Position numbers and translations under genes: made by a program | Source: Torpedo marmorata | Lineage: Eukaryota | Reading direction: 5' to 3' | Length of the DNA stretch: 64,000 nucleotides | Assembly: GCA_977017645.1 (NCBI GenBank) | Contig: OZ360227.1 | Coordinates: 122,636,001-122,700,000 of the forward strand | Shown here: in pieces, positions 49,903-63,640 of the stretch | How positions within the stretch are numbered: position 1 is the stretch's first letter | Layout: every line of letters starts with the position of its first letter | The notes under the pieces: model-generated | The model's input: the letters and a program-made list of their open reading frames with translations, nothing else | Told to the model about the DNA's origin: nothing | Database searches by the model: none

Positions 49903-51379
49903 GTATAGGGCAAAATTGCAGCCAGAGGGATTATTTTGTGCATTCAGTTGAACAGGCCAAACAATATGCCAAGCACCTCACAAGGCACCCACATCAGCCT
50001 TGTTCTTCTGGTGCTCAGCAAATTCCTCTGGATTAACCCTTTGACCCCCTTGTGAATTGTGTCCCTTAAATTAATGTGCTGTCTACACAATGCGTGTATC
50101 TGAGTAGGTGCTCAGAGGGAAAGGATGCAATGAAAGTTATCCTTCTGATGCCATCTCAATTACTGGCTCTTCAATCTCACATTCTTCTTCTTCCTCCTGT
50201 GGACTCCATTTTGGGGTGGAGTGGGTTTTCTTTGCTGAGTCTACAAAAATAAGGAGAGAAACAATAGCATAGCAACACCATGTATAGTTCTTTTGTGGAT
50301 GTTACCCAGTACACACTTCAGACAGAGAGAATACATCAATATTATGTCTTTATGTTGGATAATCATTAAATAATTGTGCACCAGAGAGAGTCCAAGGCTG
50401 CCTTTCCAACTCTGTGATTTTTGTGCTTTCATGTCCAATGCCCATAAGAAAAGGTCTCTTTTCCAGACTGGAAAGTCTTGCAGTCCCAGAGGGTCACCCT
50501 TCCGCCTACTATGACAAGCAGTAATTATATGTGACTTTACCCTGTAAAATAAAAAAAAATCAGATTGATTTTGATTAATTGCCCTGTTGATGAATGTGTG
50601 TGCTATTGTCTGGCAGGCAGGAAGTGTTGGGAAGGAGAAATTGGGGGAGGATTGTCATTATTTGTCTGTCAATGGGGAAAATGTGAGTGGAGTCCAAGTG
50701 GTTTATAGTGTTGGATCCTAAGGCAGCACACCTCAAGAGGAAATGTGGAATGTTGAGTTCTTGTACATACATGGTGTGATCATGAAACATTGCCCAACAT
50801 TGTGCCATGTTTCAGGACATGCCGTTCCTTTCAATGGACTTGCATGCCCCTTCCTGTCAGGTACACCTCATCTGGTGTCATCCGATATCATATTACTTAG
50901 CTCTGTACTGTGGAGCATGTTGCTCCTTGTGGAGAGCTACCATTACATCTACTGCAAAAATGACCCAAACATATACTGGATGTTCAAGTAGAAAAAATAT
51001 CCTTAACATCCTGGGTGAATGTAGACTCTTCTGCCTTTTGTTTCTCCTTCTGAAAGTTGCTATGTTCTTCACTGCATCTGATCATTCTCCAAGCAATGCT
51101 TCACACTGAGCACATGCCTGCAAATCCACATGTTCTTTCATATCTTTCCTTTTATTATTTCACAGCATCAGATGAACTTGCATTTATTGTTCATCTTCAA
51201 AGCCATGCCATTTCAAGGGTCAACCATACTGGTCTGGAGTCACATCAAGGCCAGACTGGAAAAGGATGGCGCGTGAAACATTCACAAATAATTTGTTTTT
51301 TTAACAATAGTCTGGTAGTTTCATGTTCCTTATTACTAATACATCTTATTTATTGTAGATTCAATCATGTCTCATGTAA

Positions 51380-52620
51380 ACAAGAGCAGAAGTATGCCTT
51401 TCGAGCCAGCTCTGCTGTTTCATATCACGGCTGATCTGAATGCAACCTTAAATCTGCATTCCCATCAACCAATGGTAACTCTTCACTTTCTTGCTCACAA
51501 AGTATCTTTCTGCCTTTGCTTAAAAATATTCAATTTCTGCTTCCATTGTCCTTTGTGGAAGTGATCCACCTTTTTCAGCTTTGCCTTAAATGGGCCACTT
51601 TTTTTTTACAAAGTGATTCCTCATTTTGGATTGCCCAACAAGAGGAAACATCCTCATCTCATCCACCATCCCAATACTGCCGAGGGTTCGATACCACCTA
51701 GGATTTTATGTTTTAATCTCTTGCAGGTGCAAGCCAACTTGTACAATCTTTCCTCGTATGACAACTTGCCCATTTCCAGTTATCAGACCATGAAATCTTC
51801 TTTGAACAGCTTCCAAGATAATATCATTCTTTAGAACCATAGAACACTACAGCACAGAAACAGGCCCCTTCGGCCCTTCTAGTCTGTGCCAAACCATTTT
51901 TTTTTTTTTTTTGCTTAGTCCCACTGACCTGCACCCAGTCCATAGCCCTCCATACCACTCCCATCCATGTACCTGTCCAAATAAGAAGGCCTGTATTGTA
52001 CACATTAATGCAGAGGAGGTGTCACTGATGCCATTAAATAACTGAAGCATAATCTCTCCACTTCTGCAATTCAATTTTCTTCGCAACAAATGCTAACATT
52101 TTGTTAGCCATCCTTGCTACTTGAGGTATCTCCATATTGGCCTTTTACAAATCATTCACCAAGACATGTTGTGGAGCTCTGCAATCTTGCATTACTTGGA
52201 ATAACATGCTTTCATTTTTTATTTTTCCTGCCATGATGGACTATTTCACATTATACTCTATTTACCAGATATTTGTCCACTCAGCTAACTCACCAATATC
52301 CCAGAAAATAAAAATTAAATCTTAACACTTGATCCACCTGTCTATAACTGACACATGCTTCCGTATTTTTCTTGACCCAGAGCCTCAATATCTCTGGTCA
52401 TACAGGGTTCCCAAATCTTGCCAGCTTCGCCTTCACTCTCACAGGAACATGGTGTTCCTGAACTCTTCTTACATCTCTTTTAAAAGCCTCCCACTTGCTA
52501 GACATCCCTTTACCTGCAGTCTCTTACAATCAATCTTAACAAGTTCCTGCCTAATGCCATCAAAATTAGCCTTGCACAAATGTATAATTTTAATTTCATC
52601 TTTATTTACTTCCTTAACTT
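51380..52620 (-). mobile_element. Mosaic of old CR1 fragments, with a younger CR1 3' end at 51833-51985
   Basis: CAGCACAGAAACAGGCCCCTTCGGCCC CR1 3' motif; 52330-52580 resembles 26290-26480. Confidence 0.6.
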
Positions 52621-52894
52621 CCACTTATCCATTGCTATTTATCCCATTGTGTCCAATTTTCTGACCTGTTACCCATCTCGATAATTTTTTCTGAAAGTTT
52701 GAATGAATTACGGTAATGACCTTTCTTACTGGAATCTGTCTATTCAGTGTATTTTGAAAGATTTCCTCAAAACTCTGATGATGTATCTTGCCTGCAGATG
52801 ATCAATTCAACTATCTAGATTGCTTGCTCAATAAATTACCAGTAACCACTTTGCTACTGTTCCCTTAGCATACCACACTCCATTGATGTTAGTA

Positions 52895-53135
52895 ATTTTT
52901 TTTTAAATGTAGAGATACAGCAATGGTATCACGACCCCACGCCACCCAAATACACCCATGTGAACAATTAACCTACAAACCCCATGTTTTTGGAGGGTGG
53001 GAGGAAACCAGAACATCCAGAACAAACCCCCGCAGATACGGAGAGAATGCACAAACTCCTTAGATAGCGCTGGATTCGAACCCAGGTCACTGGTGCGCTA
53101 AGTGTTGTGCTAACCACTGCACTTAACCATGCCTC
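52895..53135 (-). mobile_element. tRNA-derived V-SINE (HE1-like)
   Basis: A-box GCAGTGGTTAG, B-box GGGTTCGAATCC and V-domain on the minus strand. Confidence 0.8.
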
Positions 53136-53293
53136 CCAATGTTTAATTTTTAATGTTTAAATTATCATACAGCAAAAATCATAGCAGTGGAATATCAGTC
53201 AGCTGCTAACGAATGTAATAAAAACATAAAATGCTGGAAACACTCAGCAGGTCATGCATAATTTGTGAAGAGAGAAACAGTCTTTATTTGGAA

Positions 53294-53367
53294 GTTAATT
53301 GCACTATGATGCTGCCGCAAAACACCGAATTTCATGACTTGTTCATGACAATAAATTCTGATTCTGA
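53294..53367 (+). mobile_element. Very short 3' fragment of the (TTCTGA)n Rex family
   Basis: Identical to the last ~74 bp of the copy ending at 49902. Confidence 0.85.
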
Positions 53368-54259
53368 AGCAATTTTTGAGTTGTAGAATATTAAACATTT
53401 AGTTTTTTGTCATTCTAAATACATGGGAAATAAAGCTTTGGTGAATACCAACAAGTCAAAATCCCTAGATATTTCTGTGCGGCTCTTTGCAAAAAAGTAA
53501 AGTCATATGTAGTCATAAGTTGTGGAGCAGACCTTCAAGTGACTGGGGATAATTGACAAAAGAAAATTGACAAAAGAGATTAGCTTTTCTGACATGAGTC
53601 ATAGAAACTGTATTTTCTTTGTTTTTGTGGTTTTAGTAGCAGTAGTGATATTCCTTCGTTCAAAGTTCCTCATGTTTCACCCACAGACCACCATAAGTAT
53701 TCCTTTACGTGTCGTGAACAACCTATAACAAATCAAAGGACCACCTGGGCTGGAGGAGGTGGGGGAATGATGGCAAGTTTGAGCCTCTTCCCAGCCCACT
53801 GACAGATTTTTGTTTTGATTCAGTAGGAATTTGTTAAGACGTTCCTTGTTGTCAAATTTGCAACATTCTTTTACATATTACTTGTTTATTATAACAGTAA
53901 TATTTGCTTTTCCCGCATTGCCATGGACCACCTATAACAAATGCACAGATTATTGGTTGATAAATACAGCTTAGTCTGTCTGGGTTAATCATGACTTTTA
54001 TTTTCTTTCTACATTGCTACTTTACCCTCTCCAGTGCAAGATTTCAATGTATCTTTAACTATAAAGGATCAGAAGTTGGAAAATTGTGGCTACACCAGCC
54101 TACAAGATAAAGGATGCAGTATCTTGAGATGAGATGGAGTAATGACATTATCATTTAAATGTCGATGGATTCAGTCAGAACCAAAAGTTGAAATTGAACA
54201 GATAATTATTTTGTTCAGCAGTTTTATCGACTTAACACTCAGAAGCTAACACCTGCGTA

Positions 54260-54565
54260 CAGGGCCGGCGCTACCATTAGGCCAACTAGGCAGCCGCCTA
54301 GGGCGCAAACCTCAGAGGGGCGCTGTTGAAGAGAGATCTCAACAGCTCTGGCATCATGAATGACGTGGTTCTGACTAACGCGCTATAAGCACGCACGTTA
54401 GTCTGGTAAGGTGGAGGAAGTGGTATGGCGCACGTCGAACGTCACATTAGGTATTGCACCCACCACTCAGCCCGGTCAGCACCACACCCACCTCCCCTGC
54501 TCAGTCCGGCCAGGCCAGCACCCCACCCATGCTCAGCCCGCCCTAGGGCGCAAAATAGTATCTTA
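54260..54565. mobile_element. hAT-like MITE, right end missing
   Basis: Starts CAGGGCCGGCGCTA; CCTAGGGCGCAAA repeated near both ends; no matching right TIR or TSD. Confidence 0.55.
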
Positions 54566-54791
54566 GTGATTGGAAATTAAAGAAATACAAGCACTGATTG
54601 TTAATCTCACACAAAAATTGAGTTAATTATAGGCTGGATAGTCAAAGTTGCTAACTTAATCAGTAGTCTCAAGACTTACATTTCAAGTACAATATTGACT
54701 TGTAACCTCAAACTCAGATAACCATAATAGCTAATACAATATCATAGCAATCTTTGTTATCAGCTTTTTCACAATTTATATGTATTTTTTT

Positions 54792-56550
54792 GCTAAATAT
54801 TTAGGAATAATGATTGACAATGATTTGCAAAATTTGTATAGACTTAACTACCTCCCTATGCTTGGAAAGATTGAAGACAATTTACTTAGGTGGAGGGACC
54901 TGCCCATTACTCTAGTGGGCAGGGTGAACTGTATTAAAATGAAGGTGATGCCGAGACTGCAATACCTCTTTCAGTCCTTGCCAATCCCATTGCCGCGGTC
55001 TTTTTTAAAGCACTTAACAGATATGTAAGGCAATTTATCTGGAGTGGTAATGTCTCCAGAGTTTCCATGGAGAAGTTGACATGGGATTACAATTTGGGGG
55101 GTTTGCGATTACCAGATTTTAAGAAATATTATTTAGCAGCTCAGTCGAGGTTTCTTCCATCCTTTTTCAAGGGGGACGATCCCCCCTCGTGGGTCCAAAT
55201 TGGACTACACACCATAGGAGAGAAAATAGCGAAGGGTTTTATCTACAAATGGAACACCAAATTAATATCTGGGCGAACGGACAATCCCATTCTAAAACAT
55301 ATGATTAAGATTTGGCAGGAAATCATTGAATGTACTGGAGGAAAGGTGGAAATATCACCAAAGGCACCTTTGATCCAAAACGAAACTATACCCATGGCTT
55401 TGGGTAACAAAATTTTAAATATTTGGCACCAGAAAGGACTCTGATATATTGAAGACTGTTACAAGAAAGGACAACTTATGTCTTTTGAGCAACTGAAGAG
55501 TAAATATGATTTGTCTAATGGAACCTTCTACTGTTTTCTTCAACTAAGGTCCTTCTTGAGGGATAGATGGGGTCCTACAATGATCCCACCTAGGTGTAAT
55601 GAAATGGAAAAGTTGATTTGATTGGGAAATGCACCTAAATTCATATCTCGAATGTATTTCGTACTCCAAAGCGAAAGCCCTAAGCCGGGTCTACAAGGAT
55701 CGAGAGAGAGGTGGGAGTCAGACTTGGGAACAACAATTCACGAACGATGCTGGTCAGACTGGTATTTTGATAGCATGACAGCAGTCATTAATGCCAGATA
55801 TAGGCTGGTTCAATATAATTTCCTACACCAATTGTATCTCACACCACAAAAACGACACAAGTCAAAACCAGAGATATCAGAAATGTGTTTCAGGTGTGGG
55901 ATAGAAATTGGATCCTTTTTACACTCCACCTGGTCATGTGCAAATATAAGGCCCTTTTGGCATGATTTCGCTAACATACTAACTTGGATTACGGGAGTAG
56001 CCTTCCCACTAGACCCGGAGTTGTATCTTTTAGGAAACCTCATGGGCATAAGCAACAGATTATCTAAATTTCAAATTCAATTTGTAAAAGTTGCTCTCTC
56101 CGCAGCAAAAAAAATGCATTGCGGTTACTTGGAAGTCCGACTCCCCCCTTCTCATCACTCGATGGTCTACGGAAATGTACAGCTATATCCCCATGGAAAA
56201 AATTACATATAGAAATAAGTATGATAACTTTGTTAAAGTGTGGCAACTGTACTTGGACCACATTGGTGCTCAGTTGTAATCAAACCCCTGAGGTATGGTA
56301 AACTGTAAGGTATAATTATTTTAAGGGTGTGTCATCCCCAAACACTTGGACAAAAGTTGTAAGCGCTGACGGTACATTTAGTTTTCTTTTTCTTTCTCTT
56401 CTGTTTTGGTTTTATTCTTTTTAGGTGGGGGAGGGAGGGTTAAGGGGCGTAATGTATTCTATACTTGATACGTTTGAAATTTATGTATATTCACGATTGT
56501 TTATTAATGTTTTTTGAAAATTTTGAAAATGAAAAATAAAATATAAAAAA
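54792..56550 (+). mobile_element. L1 3' fragment
   Basis: KYLGI, LPITLVGRVNCIKM, GGLRLPDF, CFRC..H...C; A-rich tail. Confidence 0.9.
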
Positions 56551-56551
56551 A

Positions 56552-56995
56552 TACATCCTAGTAAATCTTCTCTGCACTCTTTCAATCTTATTGATATCCT
56601 TCCTGTAGTTTGGCGACCAGAACTGCACACAATATTCCAAATTTGGCCTCACCAATATCTTAAACAACTTCAACATAACATCCCAACTCCTATACTCAAT
56701 ACGTTGATTTATAAAGGCTAAGATGCCAAAAGCTTTCTTTACAATCCTGTCCACATGCGACGCCACCTTCAGGGAACAATGTATCTGTATTCCCAATTCT
56801 CTCTGCTCCTCCGCACTCCTCAGTGCCCTATCATTTACTGTGTATGTCCTACCTTGGTTTGCCCTTCCAAAATGCATCACCTCACACTTGTCTGCATTAA
56901 ACTCCATCTGCCATTTTTTGGCCCATTCTCCCAGTTGGTCCAGATCCCTCTGCAAGCTTTGAAAATCTTCCTCATTGTCCGCAACGCCTCCTATC
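56552..56995 (-). mobile_element. CR1 RT fragment
   Basis: LQRDLDQLGEWAKKWQMEFNADKCEVMHFGR, RPNLEYCVQFWSP. Confidence 0.88.
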
Positions 56996-58040
56996 TTTAC
57001 AAAATATTTCCAGCATTTTGTGTTTTCACTCTTGATTTCTAATAACTTCAATGTTTTGCTTTTGAATTTGATTAAAACTGGTGGTATGTGGATCACCTGT
57101 GTTCCCTTATCAAAAATGGATGCAGAATCATGACAATAGCAAATGAAGGATTCTATGGATTCACCTGTCCTTGGGGAACTGTTTCCATTGCTTCCTCTTA
57201 TTATTGATCACTTTTGGACTCTCATTTCTTTTCTCAAATCCCAATACAACCCAATGATGTTTTGATTTTCTGATGAAAGACAAAATCTCAATCTCCCTCT
57301 TGACACCCAACCGAATCGTCAGTTTCTTTTCCCATTTCTGCCCGGCCTGCTGATAATGTCAACCCCCTCACCTTTTATAATTCATCACCAAACTTGGTAT
57401 AGGGTTGTTGGATGTTTCATGGTCCGTGTGGACTCGGTGAGTTAAAGGACTCGTTTCTGTGATTTTAAGAATCGGTGACTGGCAAGAATGCAACTGATTA
57501 AATTAATCAGAAAATATTACAGGTATTGTAAGAGAGGGAACGGAAAAGAAAGTATCATTATATGCAGATGACCTGCTGCTGTTTGTTTCAGATCCTAAGA
57601 TTTCTGTTCAAGTGATTTTAAATTACTGGATAGATTTGAAAGTTTATCGGGATATAAATTGAATTTATGTAAAAGCAAATTAATGGTGATAAAATCACCT
57701 CATGTACTCCCATTTCAAGTTCCTTTTAAGGTAGTTAAAAAATATTTAATATATCTTGGGGTTAACATTAGTGAAATTTGATCACCTATATAAAGAGAAT
57801 TTTCTTCCTCTACTGAATAAAGTTAAACATTTAACTAAAGGGTGGTCTCCGTTAATTATGACATTAATTGGTCGTATAAACATTATAAAAATGAATACTT
57901 TACCTAAATTTTTGTATGTATTCCAAGCACTTCCAATATTTCTCCCTAGTATTTTTTTGATCAAATAGACTCTTTAATTTTGTCTTTTATTTGGAATGGT
58001 AAAAGACCAAGAGTAAGAAAGGAAGTACTACAAAATGACA

Positions 58041-60060
58041 AATCAGAATCAGAATTTATTATCATGAACAAGTCATGAAATTCGGTGTTTTGCGGCAGCA
58101 TCATAGTGCAATTAACATTCATATTAACCATCTAACGACATTACTATAAAAAATTATAAACAATAGTGCATGAAAAGTAAGGCAGTGTCTTTGGTTCAAT
58201 GATTATTCAGGAATCTGATGGCAGCGGGGAAGAAGCTGTCCTTGTGCCGTTGAGTGCTCGTCTTTAGGCTCCTGTACCTTTTTCCTGATGGAAGCAGAGT
58301 GAAGAGGGCATGGCCTGGGTGGTGGGGGTCTTTGAGGATAGAGGCTGCTTTTTTAAGACACCGCCTCATGTAGATGTCCTCGATGGAGTGAAGTTTGGTG
58401 CCTGCGATGTCACAGGCCGAGTTAACAACCCACTGGAGTTTACTCTTGTCCAGGCAGTGATGCAACCAGCCAGAATGCTCTCCACGGTACAACTGTAGAA
58501 GTTTACGAGAGTATTTGGTGACATACCGAATCTCCGCAGACACCTCACAAAGTATAGCCGCTGACGAGCCTTCTTTGTGATTGCATCAACGTGGATGCTC
58601 CAGGACAGATCCTCGGAGATGTTGACACCCAGGAATTTGAAGTTCTTGACCCTCTCCACGACTGAGCCCTTGATGAGGACTGGATCGTGTTCCCCTGACT
58701 TCCTCCTGAAGTCCACAATCATCTCCTTGGTTTTGCTGACGTTGAGCACAATGTTGTTGTCGTTACACCATTCAACGAGCTGATCTATCTCCCTCCTGTA
58801 CGCTTCCTCATTGCCGTTTGTGATTCTGTCGACAACTGTGGTGTCATCGGCAAATTTGTAGATGGCATTGGAATTGTGCCTGGCCGCACAGTCATGGGTG
58901 TATAACGAGTAGAGCAGTGGACTAAGCACGCATCCTTGGGGTGCGCCTGTGTTGATAATCAGTGAGGAGGAGACGTTGTTTCCAATTCGTACTGACTGTG
59001 GTCTTCCGATGAGAAAGTCAAGGATCCAGTTGCAGAGGGGGGGGGGTTACAGAGGCCTAGAGTTTGTAGCTTCTTGACCAGCACTGAGGGAATAATGGTA
59101 TTGAAGGCCGAGCTGTAGTCGATGAAGAGCAGCCGTATGTATGAATTGCTGTTTTCGAGGTGATCCAGAGCTGAGTGGAGAGCCAGCGATATTGCATCTG
59201 CTGTGGAGCGATTGTGGTGAAAGGCGAATTGCAGTGGGTCCAGATTTTTGCTTAGGTATGTGTTAATTCTGGCCATGACCAGCCTCTCAAAGCATTTCAT
59301 CACAGAAGAAGTTACTGCTACTGGGCGGTAGTCGTTGAGGCAGCCCACACTACTCTTCTTGGGTACCGGGATGATTGATGCCCTTTTGAAGCACGTGGGA
59401 ACCTCTGACTGCTGCAATGAGAGGTTGAAAATGTCCGTGAACACTCCGGCTAGTTGGTTGGCGCAGATTTCCAATACCCTGCCAGGTACGCCGTCAGGGC
59501 CTGACGCCTTGCGAGGGTTCACCCTCTTGAATGATGTTCTGACGTCGCCCTCAGAGACAGATATCACAGGGTCCTCAGCCTTTTCAGGGATTCTAGTAGG
59601 CACTGTTTTATTCTTCTTCTCAAAGCGGGCATAGAAGGTGTTCAGCTCATCGGGTAGTGAAGCATCACAGCCGTCTATAGTGTTCGCCCTCGCTTTGTAG
59701 GCTGTAATGGCCTGCACTCCCTGCCATAGCTGACGTGTATCTGTCTCTGTCTCTAGCTTCCTCCGGAATTGCCACTTTGCTTCAGAGATGGCCTTCCGCA
59801 GGTCGTGCGTGGACTTTTTGTAAAAATCCCGATCCCTGGCCTTAAACGCCCTTGTTCTCGTCCTCAGCAGGTTGCGAATTCTCTGATTCATTCAGGGCTT
59901 CTGATTGGGGAACACCCGGTATTTGCGCGTGGGCACACACTCATCCACGCAGGTCTTGATGAAGTTGGTGACACCTGTTGCATATTCATTTAGGTCTATG
60001 GCTGAGTGCTTGAATATGTTCCAGTCTACCGATTCAAAGCAGTCCTGCAGACGCTCCTCC
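58041..60060 (-). mobile_element. Rex1/Babar LINE, (TTCTGA)n family, longest copy
   Basis: ORFs 58959-59891, 58366-58929, 58196-58543. Confidence 0.92.
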
Positions 60061-60651
60061 ACAGGGTGGTTTTGCTTTGCCTAATTTCAGGAATTATTAT
60101 TGGGCTGCTAACATTAGATTTATTAATATTTGGATACATTTTAAGAATTATCAAGAAAGATTTAAATGGATGAAATCAGAAATGAAGGTTATAGGTAAAC
60201 ATTCATTAGTATCCATATTAGGAACGCCTTCACCTTTTAAATATTCCAAAATTTCTAATAACAAGATAGTTAAACAAACATTAAAAATATGGTTCCAATT
60301 CAGAAAAGCAAATAATTTCCCTAATTTCTTGCTTGATAGTACAATAAATTTCAATTCCTTTTTTACCCCAGCTCGTGGGGATAGAGGGTTCCAGATTTGG
60401 CAAGATCACGGTATATGTTCATTTAAAAACTTGTTTATAGATACTAATTTTATTACTTTTGAACAGTTGGTTAATAAGTATAACTTATCTAGAAACAATT
60501 ATTTTAGATACTTTCAAGTTAGGAATTTTATAAATTTCTTGAGATTGGAGTTTCCTTTAGATTTAAAGTTAGTAATCATAGAAAAGGTTTTTACTATCAC
60601 TTCTGATATACCAAAACCATTGTCAGTATTTTATAACCTTTTAAAAGAAAA

Positions 60652-62358
60652 TCAAGTCAAGTAACCTTTATTTGTCGTTCATTACCATATACACAGTAAG
60701 ACGAGATAACGTTTCTCCAGGACCATGGGCAGATGTACATAAATATCATAATACAATAGAAAAACTATAACATGCGAATACACATATATATCTAGGAATT
60801 GAGGAGCCTGATGGCTTGGGGGAAAAAACTGTTGCACAGTCTGGACGTACGAGCCCGAGTGCTTCGGTACCTCCTTTCAGATGGCAAAAGGGAAAACAGT
60901 TTACCAAAGGGGTGTGAAAAGTTCTTCACAATGTTTTTAGCCTTCCTCATGCATCGTGTGTTGTAGATGTCCGTCATGGTGGGGAGAGAGACTCCAATAA
61001 TTTTCTCCGCTGACCCCACTATCCTCTGCAGGGTCTGAGATGGTACAATTTCCAAACCAAGCGGTGATGCAAATGCTCAGAATACTCTTAATACATCCCC
61101 TGTAGAATGTAGTAAGGATAGGGGGTGGGAGATGAACTTTCCTCAGCCTTCGTAGGAAGTAAAGATGCTGCTGGGCTTTCTTGACTATGGAAGTGGTGTT
61201 TAGGGAGCAGCTGAGACTCTCTGCCAAGTGCACTCCAAGAAACTTGGTACTCTTTACGACAACGGTAGAACCATCCATGGTCAATGGAGAATGATCCCCC
61301 CGGGCCCTTTTGAAGTCGATAACCAAATCTTTTGTTTTGTTTACATTCAGATGCAGGTTGTTGGCTCCGCACCATTCCATTAGCGACTGCACCTCATCTC
61401 TGTAAGGTGACTCATCGTTCTTACTGATAAGGCCCACCACGGTCGTATCATCAGCGAACTTGTTGATGTGATTCAAGCTGTGTTTTGCTGCACAGTCATG
61501 AGTCAGCAGGGTGAACAGCAATGGACTAAGCACACAGCCCTGGGGAGCCCCCGTGCTCAATGTAATGATCTTAGAAGTGCTGTTTCCAATCCGGACTGCC
61601 TGAGGTCTTCCCGTCAGGAAGTCTAGGATCCGATTACAGAGGGTGTAGTTTAGACCCAGCCCGCTCAACTTCCCTATCAGGTACTGAGGTATGATCGTGT
61701 TGAATGCCGAGCTGAAATTAATAAACAGCATTCGAACATACGTGTCCTTATTTTCCAGGTGGGTGAGGGCTAGGTGGAGGGTGGTAATGATGGCATCATC
61801 TGTGGAGCAGTTTGATCTATATGAGAACTGCAGGGGGTCCAGTGAGGGGGGCAGCAGAAGCTTGATGTTCCTCATGACGAGCCTCTCGAAGCACTTCATG
61901 ACAGTAGATGTGAGTGCGACAGGGCGGTAGTCATTGAGGCAGGACACCGTCGACTTCTTCGGCACGGGGATGATGGTAGCGGATTTGAAGCACATTGGAA
62001 CTATGGCACTGCTCAGGGAGGTGTTAAAGATGTCGGTGAGAACATCAGCCAGCTGGGCCGCACATCCCCTGAGCACTCTGCCGGGAATGTTATCTGGCCC
62101 AGCAGCTTTCCGTGGGTTAACCTTGCTTAACACTCTCCTCATGTCGGCCACTGTGAAACACAGCACCTGATCATTTGGAGGAGGGATTGCTTCTTTGTCA
62201 CTACATCAAAACGCACGTAGAAGTTGTTCAGTGCATCTGGGAGGGAGGCATCACCAGCACAGTCAGATGGTGTTGTCTTGTGGTTGGTGATATCTTGAAT
62301 GCCCTTCCACGTGCGTCGCAAGTCCTTGCTGTCCTGAAAGTGACTCTGAATTCGCTAA
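60652..62358 (-). mobile_element. Rex1/Babar LINE, different family ((ACTTG)n tail)
   Basis: ORF 60937-62166: [39 protein letters not shown]. Confidence 0.9.
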
Positions 62359-63546
62359 GCTTGTGATACAGCAAGCGAATAATATAAAGGAGGCTTGGGA
62401 AAGAGATTTTTTTTTTTTTTTAATAAGTTTTTTCACCTGCAGTGTGGTCCAATATTTTGGACCGTATCCATACCTCTTCATTATGTGCAAGACATAATTT
62501 AATTCAATTCAAAGTAGTTCACAGAGCTCATTACTCAAAATCTTTATTGGCTAAATTTTCATCAAATATATCATCTACGTGTGATAGATGTAATGTTCAT
62601 GAAGGTACATTATTTCACATGTTTTGGTTGTGCCCTAAATTAGTTAGATTTTGGAACAAAATTTTTTGTACTCTATCTTTGGTTTTAGCTACTCAATTAG
62701 ATCCAAATCCATTTATAGCAATATTTGGTATAAATGATCCTAGTAATCATGATCTTACTAATAATCAAAAACTTGTGATTGCTTTTTCTTCTCTGGTTGC
62801 AAGGCGACAGATCTTGCTAAAATGGAAGGATGGTAATCCTCCTATATATGAAGATTGGCTATCAAGTTTAATGACCTATTTAACATTAGAAAAGATTAGA
62901 TGTTCAAATATTAAATTAAACCTAAAATTTACTAATATTTGGGGTTCCTTTATTGACTATTATCAGAGTTTATGATTCTTCATGATTTGAAGTTATATTA
63001 TTTCTACAGGTCAGTGCAATTCTGGGGTGGGGGTAGGTGGTAGGCTAGCTTAGATTGCTTTATCTTTTATAAAAAAATGTATTATGATGAAATTACTATA
63101 TATTTTTTGTGGCTTCGTTCTTTTTATACCTATTGGTATTATAATACTAAATTGTAAAGAAAAAAAATTGATATGTATCTGTAATGTATACTCTGTTATG
63201 GGTGGATTAATGGAACATGTGATAATGCTTTTCTTTGATTTTTTTCTGTAAACGTATATAGTGAATGAACTGTTATATCCATGATTTTATGGAATTAATA
63301 AAGAGATTTAAAAAAGAAAGATGGTTAGATCAACAAGATGGGTCCAAGGGCCTATTTCTGTGCTGTATGACTCTTCGAAAGTACAACAGGGTACGGACTT
63401 TTGAGTAACCAGGAACAAAAGCACTATAATCAACACTCTGAGTTGTAGCACGAAGCGGGAGATTAATATGACTGAAATCTCCTACTATTACTGTCCTGTT
63501 ATTTTTGCATTTCTCACAAATGCACAATTGTATGGACTCAGGAATG

Positions 63547-63640
63547 GCTTTTCTTTGGGTTTTTTTCTGTAAACGTATATAGTGAATGAACTGTTATATC
63601 CATGATTTTATGGAATTAATAAAGAGATTTAAAAAGAAAG
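63547..63640 (+). repeat. Duplicate of the L1 3' terminus at 63227-63320
   Basis: Near-identical ~90-bp direct repeat including AATAAAGAGATTTAAAAAGAAAG. Confidence 0.9.

Larger units (their letters stand above)
57500..63320 (+). mobile_element. L1 of a different family, 5'-truncated, split by two Rex1/Babar insertions
   Basis: YADD at ~57560; QNDK|QGGFALPNF rejoins across 58041-60060; ORFs 60077-60664 and 62442-62975 (CDRC..H...C); AATAAA tail. Confidence 0.88.

Noticed and set aside
53060-53135. tRNA gene
   Set aside because: The A/B boxes belong to a V-SINE head; no full cloverleaf is evident
54780-56556. 12-bp inverted repeat ATGTATTTTTTT / AAAAAAATACAT flanking an L1 fragment
   Set aside because: Low complexity and overlapping the poly(A) tail; cannot be told from chance, though the missing TSD suggests a rearrangement
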